Below, piece by piece: positions 37,431-48,895 of a DNA stretch of 64,000 nucleotides (positions are counted from its first letter, which is position 1; every line of letters begins with the position of its first letter). The position numbers were made by a program, and so were the translations under genes. The DNA comes from Lophium mytilinum (Eukaryota). The stretch lies in assembly GCA_010093605.1 (NCBI GenBank), contig MU004201.1, positions 342,289 through 406,288 on the forward strand, read 5' to 3'. A model generated the notes under the pieces. That model made no database searches. It saw only the letters and a program-made list of their open reading frames with translations, and had not been told where the DNA came from.

Positions 37431-37638
37431 TATTAAATGGAAAGATACATAGATTTAAGTACGTTTATATAGAGGATTGATGTACTAAGGCACCGAGCGG
37501 GTGCGGCGGATGAGGAATTAAAATTAGAGCCCCCTACTAGCGCTGCTAAGCCTAGCGTCTCACTATTGCGAAAGTATACGGTATTTAGAGTTAGGGCCCG
37601 TGCCTTAAAATCGGAGGTTATTCCTCCGCAGTAGAGAA

Positions 37639-37799
37639 TGGTCAGCCCCTGTACGGGCTGCGCTGGTCAATGCTTAATTAAGGGATTTTGACCCTTGTTC
37701 AGCACTGACCCGCACAGCCTATGCAGGGGGGAGATTGTGTACTACAGAACCCCTTAAATGTAAGCACGGACCTGCACAGCCCGCACAGGGGCCCGACTA
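37639..37799. mobile_element. Degenerate MITE-like inverted repeat with an extra internal arm
   Basis: 37639-37690 (tggtcagcccctgtacgggctgcg..aagggattttg) is an imperfect reverse complement of 37745-37799. A third arm lies at ~37692-37742. Confidence 0.6.
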
Positions 37800-37802
37800 T
37801 AC

Positions 37803-37920
37803 TACACTCTCCCGCCCTGTATGGACTGAACACGACCGTGCGTAGAATAGGGGATTTTACATACAAAACCCCTTATTTTGCGCACGGTCGTGTCCAGTTC
37901 GTACAGGGCGGGAGAGTGTA
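37803..37920. mobile_element. 118-bp palindromic MITE with TA ends (Tc1/mariner-type)
   Basis: Arms 37803-37858 and 37865-37920 are near-perfect reverse complements (tacactctcccgccctgta...tacagggcgggagagtgta), with a 6-nt loop. Confidence 0.85.
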
Positions 37921-39016
37921 TACAACACGCGAAACCTTTAGGCTCTAGGTAGGCAAGGTACTATGAATTCTACTCTACGGGCACCGGCCTAAGCAGTTTC
38001 TCTAAGAACAAGAGCGGCTGGACGGAAGATAGGCTGCGCAATGCTAATGTTCGTGCTGTCCGAGCGCTGGACGTACCGGTGCAGGTGCCACTTTAACTTT
38101 TTTTAAACTTAATTATCTACCCTGCTCGGTCCTGCATCACCCCGCGCGCGCTACCCTCTCCCTTAATCTATACATGCGATCCACCCTATCTATCTAGCTT
38201 ATTAGCTCCAACTGTACTTAGACATCTACTCTCTCTATTCTTTCCTATTATAAACTCTTACCTCCGCTAACTTTACCAGCTTCATTAGCTAACCTTCTCC
38301 GACGCTCATTATCCAACTGCTCATCCTACCCTCCTTACCCTCCTTACTATCCTTACCCGCCTTACCACCTTTATTAGCGGGCCTTCTCCTGCATTCAGTT
38401 ATCTACTCGCTTTTCCCACCCTCCTCATCTACCCATCTAATGCACCCCTCTGCGTGTCCGCCAATTAACGCCCTACTTCCTTCTTGTCTTCAAAGCTAAG
38501 CTATTTAGGGGCCGCCGGTCCACTTTAAGCTATCTCTACAACTCCTCCGCTATCTAAGTCTCTGCCATGTAAACCTTCTACGCTATCTATATCTTCTAAA
38601 TATTCCCGCGTTACGTTGGAACGCCCTCTAACTGGTCTTACCCTACTGCATATACACGATTGCGTCCGCTTCAGCCAGCTTTAAGAGTGCTTTGGCCTTC
38701 CCTCTACGTGTGGAATATCCTCGTCTACAAGTACGTCTAAACGAAAAGCCAGGGTGTGTTATCTTTAACACCGAACAAGGCCAATCTATCCTCTTTTAGA
38801 ACCCCCCTTTATGCGCTAACAATTTTTATAGCAGTCTCTAACTAATTCAACATCCTCCACGCGGCTTTAAAACTTGTCGGAAACTAGCCAATAAGCTCAT
38901 TAACCCAAAGCCCTCTATCCTAGATTTGCCCCGCCGAAGTCCTTTTCAAATGCACTTCCTCCAATTCATCGCCTCGTTAAAGTGTAAAAATTTCCGCTCC
39001 TGAATCTTATTACAGC

Positions 39017-41780
39017 ATGATGCCAATACCTTCAGCGCTGTCCCGCAACGATGAGAAGAGATATTTGCTACCATTACCCTGGGAAGGTGTTACCCCCCTA
39101 CCTAAAGATGACGAAATTGAAGTTTGTTCTAAGGATCTTTGGGAGGACTATGACGCCCGCCTTAAACTTGAAATTCACCTTGGATCTTCTAACGAGACCG
39201 ATGAATTAGAAGTGGACAAATACTACCGGGTGTGCGGCGACTATTGGCATCGGCAGTCCTACCTCAAGAAATAAACTAATAAGCTTAAATCTACCAATGA
39301 AATATCGGTTGTCAAGGTAATACAAGCAGCTTTCGAATCAGGTAGCAGCTTAGACCCGCCGGCATACTTAGTTATGTGGCTACTACAAGCTAATAAGATC
39401 CATGCTGTTAAGGATAACTTCAGCCGTAATGAATATATGCTTACAAATATTCTAAGCCTGCTACCTCGCGCTTCCTTCATGCCTTTTAAAGAAGAACTCA
39501 GCCTACGGCCATGGTCGATATTGCACGAACAGAACCCTAACGTAAGCGATTTCTACTACTATCGCACTGGAGCAATCTATTCCACGGAAGCTATCTGGAC
39601 CGACTACCGATTTCTACATTGTACGGTGTGTAACGCTGTAATTAATCCAGATACGGCATATTCCCACTGTATTAGTTGCGAACTTACTTTCCATAATAAA
39701 TGTGTCCTTCCCGAAGGGTTCGTGGCTCAGCTTAGTAATAGCGAGCTTGTGTGTCTAAATAAGAACACCGGCGCAGACTATAAACCTGTAGAGTGCCCTA
39801 CTCCTACATGCAATGGTAAAGCTATACAACTTCCTCCTTAGCCCCGCATGCCATCTAAAACCCTACGAATTTGTGGCGACTTCGGCATAAAAGGTGTCCG
39901 TATTACCTTATGTATTATTAACAAAGACGCTTAAGAAGCGAAAACACGTTACATGGAACTCCGTCCATCTTCAGAGGAGAAATATTATTCCACGTGTGCT
40001 ATAAGCGTTGATGAATTGTCTCCGCCAAAGTATTCCGCTAAAGTGTTAAAGTGTGGTAGTATCTATTCTAAAACGGATTTTATTATAGTCCCGTTGAAGG
40101 CATTATTTATTACTTTATTACATCGTTTAAAGCTAATAGACGCAAAACTCGATCTAACCTTGGCCCTAATAGAAGTGTTCAACGAAGTTGTTCTTAAGGT
40201 AGCTAAGGGACGAGTTGACACCTGCAACTATGTTACGAAGTACAAGAAACCGAACAAGGCGCTGAAGGTAGGCTGTGTACCTCGGGAAGACCTTGAGATC
40301 TGCTTTGCCCGGCCTGCATTAATGAAACCCGAAGAGCTTACGGAGCTTCTTACGTCCATGAAAAGAATAGCTCAACGCGTTATTAATGTGGATGAGCCGT
40401 GAATGGCCTTTTACTATTTGGTTAACAGGACTACTATTACACCCGGCTTTTATATTGTCTACGATATTGGCGCTTTAACAACCGTGGGTTCCCCTCTTCT
40501 AGCTGGACTAGTGTAACCCTGCTAATTAATGCGTGTATGTATAGGATGCGGCGGTTATTAAGTACACTCCTAATAGTCCCCACCCAATAATGCGTATTCG
40601 TGTCACTCATTCAGCGAGTTTTCCGTTGGGTCAAGATCATATAGATTAAGCCATTGTAAAGGACTTATTGCCATCTTATAAAGGTCATTAAACATTTTAC
40701 AATGTTCTGCGCAAAGTTCGGGAGCTAATAGACACCCAACTAAAAACAGACCGACTAGTAAAAGAAGTGACTTTCGGCGTTAACAAAATTAACCTTGTTC
40801 CCATGTATAATAACCGCCAAGAAGAACACTTTTTGAAACTTCTTCCACATCTAGAGGGCTTTAAGAAGTGGCTAAACAAAAAGAGACGCACCTACGAAAG
40901 GGTATACCTCTGCGGCGGAGGGGCCAACGACGAAGGCATAGTTGAATTGTTCAAGAGGGTGCATAAAGCTCCGCAAGTAGTTGAGCTGGTTCCTATGTAG
41001 AGTAGAAGGTAAGTTCTTTCCATGCCGATGCTTAGGTATGTGGGAGAAGCTTGCTAATTCTGTATAGCACTAGCCAAGTCTTACTAGGCCAGCAAATGTA
41101 TCTAGACATTTTCGAAAAGAATAGTCTTTCACCGATTTCCGTGTTCGTGGAACAAGACGCCGAGAAGGGTAGGAAGAAGGAGTACATTCCCCTTATCGAG
41201 AAGGGGGAGCCATATATCTCTCCGAAATTAATATCTACGCGATAGAGGCCGTAGAAATGGCTTCTACTACACGTTAAACCGGGGACCACAGGGGTCACGG
41301 ACTCTGTATTTAAGCTCTTCGGCTTGGAGACGGATATCGCGACTAAAGGGACATCCGGAACCGTGGGGAAAGGATTAGAGATGGTTACCAACGCGCAGGG
41401 ATTTCAAGTTGTCTAATCGCCTTTGAATGACAAGTATGTTCTGGCCGAACACAATTTTCGAATCCCGAAGAAGAAAGACTTTAACAGCAGGAAAGATGAG
41501 CTATATAATCTCGTAAAGGTAACAATAGACGTGCCTGCAGGAGTAGTAAGCCTATATTGCGTCTTTGCATCGCAACCTATAGGATTAGGCTATATTCACG
41601 AGGACCTAACCAAAGACGTAATAAGGGACAACCCTAACATCCATATGTAGGCGAGGGTGGATAAAACAATATCCCTCCAAGTCTAGCCAAGAATAGAGTT
41701 TAATTTTGCAACGGCGACTATAGATGATTTTGTCCAACCGGAATTACTAGAATACCAGGAGCCTATGGATGCGTCTTAGG
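39017..41780 (+). pseudogene. BAH-like + PHD finger + Hsp70/actin-like ATPase fusion
   Basis: ORFs 39017, 39374 and 39953 share one frame. BAH-like YLVMWL..FSRNEYMLTN..FYYYR; PHD CTVC..CISC....HNKC..CPTPTC; then ICGDFGIKG, VDEP, IVYDIGALTT and VYLCGGGAN (Hsp70 NBD motifs). Introns ~40484-40544 and ~41009-41068. Confidence 0.7.
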
Positions 41781-42886
41781 ATATACTATCTAGTAAAGAT
41801 CCTTAACCCTCTTACGGGACTGCTGTCAGTCAACAGTATACCAGGCGAAAGGCAACCCCAACATTATCAAACGCGTCAATAAAACGTCAACGTCAGGCGT
41901 AAAGCTTCTTATCTATCACCCTTGGTCAGTTACGTAATTAGATAGACATCTTTCTCCGGCTATTACTGCTGTCGCCTCTTCTATCCTCTAGTCATTTCAA
42001 TTTCGAGATTGGTTTAAAGATTTTGGGATTCGCAACTTCAATATCTTAAAACTGGTGTACGGTGCTTCAGTACTCTTGTAACTAAACTAAGCTTGGGGTC
42101 TTAGACGGCCTAGGAGTCTTTAAACGAATATATGGACGCGGAGCTATTATAAATTACAATCCTTATCTTAGTCCTATTTGGTCTTGTGTTTAGGCATCCG
42201 GGATAGATTTTAGTTGCATAAAGGCTAGGAGTGGACTCTCTCTACTCTTCTAGGTGTTCTTTATATACGATCTCAAGCGCGGAGGTTTTTTGTCCTAGTC
42301 GACGACGCGGGTGTATATGGCGAATCTCGACCTTTATTTTAGTTTCTTAATCTTAGATCTTGGTAATAGGCACGGATTTGAGTTGTATTCAGGCTGAAAG
42401 TAACTTCTCGCTTGGACTAGGAATGACCTTCCTTAAGCCTCCTAGGTATTTCGGAAAGCCGCAAATATAGATTATAGAGAGCAAACTTATAAAGACAACA
42501 TCGTGGTCTAAATTCCGCAGCTACTGTAGTAAGGTAGGCTGGTGCTCGTATACGAGCGACACGTAATAAGCGTTTAGGCACCTTCTTAATTACTAAGAGC
42601 AGCGCCCTATTAGATATTATGTCCTCTTCTTATAGATTCGGCCCTAGGCAGCACCGCGGTTACGGCCTCTTCTTTAATATGATACAAATATAGTTATCTT
42701 CTTCCACTCTCTAGTAACTAAATCTATACTTCTATAATTATCCCGCCCTCTACTACTACACTACTACTACTTCTAAGTCCTACGGTATTAGTGTAGGCGT
42801 GCCCATGCCGAGATGGAGACTAGCTAGAATATCTACCTCGCAAGTAGAAGAGTAGTAAGATTCTCCACCTAACTTCTACTCCTCTT

Positions 42887-45800
42887 TAGGGCTGCCGTTT
42901 AATCACCCAGGTGACCCAGTGATTGAAGTGATTGACGGTTTTGTTAATCACTTTAATCAATTGGCCATTTGGAAAAGGTCCAATCAATCAATATTAAGTG
43001 GCCTATTTTGTTAAAGTGGGTGATTGATTGACAGTACAAAGTTATATAGGTTTGGTGTTGTAGTTTGGCTCGGAGGTCCGCAATCCTCAGCCTCTAATTG
43101 GTTTGCTGACTAACTAGCCTACAACTATATACTCGCCATCCTTATACTTGCTATTTTCTGTTTATACTTGCTATAAACTGTATACTTGCCATGAACTGTA
43201 TACTTACCATAATCTGTATACTTCCCGTTTTGCGTAGCCTTGATTTATCGCTAAAATGCAGAGTTTTCACAATGGCTTCTATACAACAGCACCACCACCG
43301 CTATTTTCATCGCCATTGCCCCTATACTTATCGCCGCCCTCCTCATCGCCGCTATGCCTCCTGCCGCACGCGGCCGTCGTGCTTAACGTCCTTAGCACCG
43401 TAATGCACGCCGTGCTCATCCTTATCCTCCTGTTGCCGCCGCCCCCAACAAATACAATATTCCATCCCGTTCTCTACGCCCTCCTACTGTTGCGCCTACG
43501 GATGAAAACGCCACCATCGTGCTATAGGAAGCCGTAAAGCTAGACTAGAACACAATGTATAATGGAATTAATTGGAATCGCCTTGCTGGCTTTTATTAGC
43601 CTATACAGACTGCCTTTACGCTCTATGCCGAGTCTTGGTTTTATGGCTACGACATCTACAAAGAAGCAAATGGTAAGAGGTACTGGTGCTGCAAGATCTG
43701 CCATTGGCAAAGGGCTCATAACCGCTATATCTATAGTAATGGAGGAACAGATAACTACAGGAGCTATCTAGCAAAACGGCATGGAATTTTCATCGGCCAG
43801 CAGGCGCAGGAAGGACCTAAGAAGCTTTCAGTAATAGAACAACTCAAGCTAAGTGCATCACAACCAGCCGGCCAAAGGATAATCAACACGATTATCCGTG
43901 GCTTCCAGCCGAACCATTTTTTCTAGCTTCTCATTCAATGGCTAGTACACGCAAAGATGCCATTCCTAGGTGTGTACAGTACAATTTACGGATGCACAGC
44001 ATGCAGGCGGCAGGCTAACACGTTCTAGCTATTGAGAATACCTACTTCCGTGCCCTTCTTACCTACCTCAATGATGCCGTAGCAGTAGGCGACTGCCTGC
44101 TAGGTCGTACTTCTATTCGTACAATGGTAATGTCAGAATTCAATCGCCATTAGAAAACGGTCAAGAATCTACTTAATACTGCGCCCGGAAAGCTACACTT
44201 CTCAATGGATATCTAGACGGCTTGCAAGTAAAAAGCACTACTAGGTATTAATGTCCACTTTATAGACGCTGCAGATATATACCGGTTAATGGTTCTAGCT
44301 TTGCCCAAGCTGCTGGCAGAGCACGGTGGCGTTAATATTAAGGACGTTGTTGTACAGATCTTCCAGGTACGTATTTAGCCTTCCCAGTTACGTTTAGCCT
44401 TCCCATTTACGTTCAGCCTTCTATATACTTGCTATTGTGCAGCCTTTGCTATTGTGCAGCCTTCTACATACTCTCTATTATCGTGCAGCCTTCTGCATAC
44501 TCTCTAGATTGTTCAGCAGCCGACGTACGTCTCAGCTATTTGGAATTCGCCAGGAGCAGGTCGGCTACGTTGTTGCTGACAACGCGACGAACCTTGATAC
44601 ATTCCTACGCGAGATGGCGTCCTTTGGCATCAACGAAACTAAACAACGGCTGCGTTGCCTTAGGCATATTATTAACCTTGTAGTCAGCGCACTATTTACA
44701 GGCGAATGGGAGGGAGAATTCGTTGAGGATCACGACTACAACCTGATGGACGAGCAGACGGTAATAGAGCTGCAGGTAGGAACTTGTCGAGGATCACGGC
44801 TACAACTTAATGGACGAGCAGACAGTAACAGAGCTACAGGTCTAGCGTTGCATTGGCCCAATTGCAAAGCTTCGCCACGTCACGATGTAACTGTTCGACG
44901 GCGAGCAGTGCATGCGACGCCTCACTGCGCACCAGATAGAAGCTGGCGAGAAGAAGAGCCTCTTGCCTATTAAGCCGGTGACCACGAGATGGAATACGCT
45001 TAAAGCAATAATGGAACGTAGTGTAAAGATACGAGCATCTCTTAATGCAGTAGTTACGGAGGAGGTAATTAGTACGTCTGTCGCATCCTCAGCCTTGCCA
45101 TCCTTAGCCTTGCCATCCTTAGCCTTGCCATACTCTATATACTTCCCGTTCTCTGTTTACTAACGTTGTGATAGAATGGAACACGTACTGGACTACTATC
45201 ACCCAAAACGGCACACGATAAGCGCCCGCCAGGCGACGCACCAAACTAAAGATTGTTAACCAGTACCTCTCGGATGACGACTGGGTTGTAATTATATAAT
45301 ACCTAGAGCTCTTGAAGCCATTCAAACTTGCTACAAAGCACCTTAAAGGTCGGATCTGTAAAGAGAGGAGTGGTTCTATATGGGAGGTGTTGCCTACGTT
45401 CGAAAGCCTATTAGCTTATCTTGAAAGGAGCAAGGTCACGTATATTATGCACCCGGAAACGCACTTTAAAAACAGCATTAATCTAGGTATGTATACCGTG
45501 CAGCCTTCCCGTTTCATACTCATACTTGCTATACTGTGCAGCCTTTCTGTTTTGTGTGCACGGCTAACAAGCAACAACAGGTTAGACGAAGCTTGATGAA
45601 TACTACTGCCTTACCGACCGCTCACCAGCATATATTACTGCTATTATTCTTTATCCTGCGCACAAGTGGGCATGGGCAGAGAAGAGGTAGCCAGAAGAAT
45701 GGATCGCACCAGCTAAAGCGAAAGTGCTGCAGCTATAGGACTTAAAATACAAGACTATAGCGGTTGTTAAAGCTGTTCCTCCAACGCTAGAGGCATTAGC

Positions 45801-46493
45801 TAATAACGATGAATGGTTTAGTACTAGCTTTACAAGCAGCTTTATAAGTGGTACAACGCTATTAACACTAGGCACGCCAGGTGCAGGTCGTGATGATGAA
45901 TATACAAGGTGGCTTACTCGTGGAAATTATTGCGATGATATCCGGGTAACCAACCCAATACAATACTGGGCTCAGCTTAAAGGCGAATTCCCCCGGCTAG
46001 CGCGGATGGCTCTTAATCATCTGCCCGTTCCTGCTATGAGTATGTCTAATGAACGAGACTTTAATCAAATAGGCCTACTCTGGAACCCGAGAAGATCCGC
46101 CTTGCATGCGAATGTTGTTGGGGCCTGCATGTCGCTCTCTTTATGGGACAAAGAGGGGGTAATTGATATGCTAGATGGTGGTCTTGTGCGAGGAAACCAA
46201 CTAAAGCGACGTCGAGCTGATACAATTGAGGACCCTGTTAAGAATGAGAATAGCGACATAGAAGAGGATACTGATGAAGATGAGGATAGAGATGAAGATG
46301 AAGATGAAGATAAGTAGACTCAACACCACGGCTGTGAACTTGTGCCAAGAATCTCTACTTTTACTTTGTCAATCAATTAATCACTTTAATAATTGATCAA
46401 TCACTTTAATCACTTGCGACCTCTACTGACTAAGGCGTCACTTCAATCAATATCGGATGGCCCAATTGATTGATTGAAGTGACGGTAGCCCTG
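42887..46493 (+). mobile_element. hAT DNA transposon copy B, full length, mildly RIPed
   Basis: Termini tagggctgccgt / acggtagccctg. Perfect 8-bp TSD ctcctctt at 42879-42886 and 46494-46501. Subterminal TGATTGA/TCAATCA repeats. Confidence 0.97.
43272..46317 (+). pseudogene. hAT transposase (BED zinc finger, DDE RNase H fold, dimerisation domain), 5 introns
   Basis: WCCKICH..KRHGI (BED), HFSMDI*T, YVVADNATN, RLRCLRHIINL, PVTTRWNT, LPVPAMSMSNERDFNQ and an acidic tail; a few in-frame stops. Confidence 0.92.
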
Positions 46494-46884
46494 CTCCTCT
46501 TAAAACTGTGCCGGATGCACCTTACTCGTCGGCGTTATATATATGCGCATAACGGGCAGCTCGAGCAAGGCTAGAGAGGTGCAAGGAAAGCTGCGCAGAG
46601 TTGCAATATAGCGGGGGGGCTGGAAGAATAACGGCCGAGTTCTTGGAAACTCCATAAGTATAATTATTATAGAGGAGGAGGGTTTCTAGACGCAAAATAT
46701 ATTTAATATATAAGTAGGTATAATAGTAGATAATTAAGGAGGACGCTGTTAAGAAGATAGAGAGCTTTTCCTCCCCTAGAGCGCTTATTAACGGCAACCT
46801 AAGCGTGTTAATAGCTGAGCTTGTTAAATATAGAGTAGTCCTTATATCCTGCTAAGGCGGATACAGAGGCCACACTATATGTAA

Positions 46885-47605
46885 AATATCTAGCCGTGTT
46901 CCTAGCATTAGGTACATTAGTAATCTAATTGCGCGTTAGTACTAGTAAACTAAGTTAGCTCTAGCTTAATAGTCTAGCGCTGATTTCTATAAACCTAAGA
47001 TATCTATTAGGGTTTCTACTAGTTTACTATTAAGTATATAAAAGTCTTAGAGGACTTTATAAGTAAGCGCTCTTTATAGGAGCCTAACTATATAAGTCTA
47101 TTAATCTTAAATAATCTATATACCTAGGTAGAAGGGGTACTACCTAGATTAATTTTTTTAGACCTTTCTAATAGTGCTGCGTTACTTTATTTATATTTAC
47201 TAGGCTTAGGCTAGCTATAAGTAGATTATCTATATAGATAGCGATAAAGTAGACTCTTTAATAAATACTCTAGTATCTAATATTATTAGTTTAAGCCCCA
47301 ACGCCCTAAAGAAGTCTAATAGTAGCTAGTACTAGATTCGGGCTAATTATATAATATTATAGAGCGCCTTATTAAGTTTATACACCTATATAGTACTGCT
47401 AATATTTAAGCTAGTTAGGTTCTTAATATAGATTTCTTTATTAATATTGCTATATAGAAATGCCGTCTTAATATCTATCTAGTAAATCTTAAGGTCTATA
47501 GCGGCCGTAATTATAAATAGCGCCTTATAGCTTTTCGGCTTTACTATAAGTGCGAATGTTTTATTATATTTAATTCTCTCCTGCTACTTAAAACTATAAA
47601 CGGCC
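46885..47605 (-). mobile_element. Ty1/Copia reverse transcriptase fragment, heavily RIPed
   Basis: Reverse complement reads close to FK*QERIKYNKTFALIVKPKSYKALF..DLKIY*IDIKTAFL and AIRLLMYLMLGTRLDI, matching RVT_2 motifs after RIP reversal. Confidence 0.85.
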
Positions 47606-47622
47606 TATTCCGCCTAATACTT

Positions 47623-47975
47623 AAACTTAGGGGTATAGATAGATTTTAATTTACTAGAAACGCCCCTTTAGCTATAATTTCAAACTTAAGGATATAGAAA
47701 GATTCTACTTTACTAGGAATACCCCTTTAGCTAAAATTTAAGCTTAGGGGCATAGAAAGATTTTACTTTACTAGGAACGCCCCTTTAGCTATAATTTAAA
47801 CTTAAGGATATAGAAAGATTTTACTTTACCGGGAATGCCCCTTTAGCTAAAATTTAAGCTGGGGGCATAGAAAGATTTTACTTTACCGGGAACGCCCCCT
47901 TAGCTTAAAACTTAAGCTTAGGGGAATAGAAGGAATTTACTTTACTAGAAACGCTCTATGCCCCCTTAGCCTAAA
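47623..47975. repeat. 58-bp tandem minisatellite, 6 units
   Basis: Unit starts at 47623, 47682, 47740, 47798, 47856 and 47914. Core tagaaagattttactttactaggaacgcccctttagct. Confidence 0.95.
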
Positions 47976-47984
47976 GTTAATTTT

Positions 47985-48780
47985 AAATTAGTACTATATG
48001 TATAATAAACTAAATATATTCTAAATATACTTAAATACTAAATAATAAATATTCTAAATAGACTAGTACTAAGTGCATTATAAATTAAATATACTCTAAA
48101 TATATCTAGATGCTAAATAATAGATATTCTTAATAAAATAGTACTATATATATTATATATAAAGTATATTCTANNNNNNNNNNNNNNNNNNNNNNNNNNN
48201 NNNNNNNNNNNNNNNNNNNNNNNNNNNNNNNNNNNNNNNNNNNNNNNNNNNNNNNNNNNNNNNNNNNNNNNNNNNNNNNNNNNNNNNNNNNNNNNNNNNN
48301 NNNNNNNNNNNNNNNNNNNNNNNNNNNNNNNNNNNNNNNNNNNNNNNNNNNNNNNNNNNNNNNNNNNNNNNNNNNNNNNNNNNNNNNNNNNNNNNNNNNN
48401 NNNNNNNNNNNNNNNNNNNNNNNNNNNNNNNNNNNNNNNNNNNNNNNNNNNNNNNNNNNNNNNNNNNNNNNNNNNNNNNNNNNNNNNNNNNNNNNNNNNN
48501 NNNNNNNNNNNNNNNNNNNNNNNNNNNNNNNNNNNNNNNNNNNNNNNNNNNNNNNNNNNNNNNNNNNNNNNTAATTAAACTAGTACTCTTGCTATTATAT
48601 ACGAAATATATTTTAAATTTATCTATATACTAAATAGTAGATATTCTAAATAAAATAGTACTATATATATTAAATAAAAGATGTAATTTAAATATATCTA
48701 GATGCTAAATAATAGATATTCGAATTAAATTAGTACTATGTGCATTATATATAAAATGTATTCTAAATATACTAAATAAG
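47985..48780. repeat. AT-rich ~75-bp tandem array interrupted by an assembly gap
   Basis: Palindrome tagtact recurs at ~47989, 48064, 48140, 48581, 48656 and 48731, with shared atctagatgctaaataatagatattc. Confidence 0.85.
48174..48571. other. Assembly gap (398 N)
   Basis: Run of n; the same repeat lies on both sides. Confidence 1.
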
Positions 48781-48895
48781 GGGTTCTAGTATACCCCTTT
48801 CTAACTTATAGTATACCTCTTTTTTTTTATCTATCTACACCCCCTTATATCTAATCTTATAATTAGCCTAGAGGGCTTAGATTACTACTCTAACG
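48572..48895. repeat. Left arm of long inverted repeat
   Basis: gggttctagtataccc..cacccccttatatctaatcttataattagcctagagggc is the reverse complement of 58285-58400, and similarity continues into the 75-bp array. Confidence 0.9.

Noticed and set aside
42000..42886. Continuation of Copia RNase H across the hAT insertion
   Set aside because: Copia similarity stops at ~46885; no RNase H motif was recognised in 46494-46885 or in this interval.
47623..47975. CRISPR-like periodicity
   Set aside because: Units are contiguous without unique spacers, and the context is eukaryotic.
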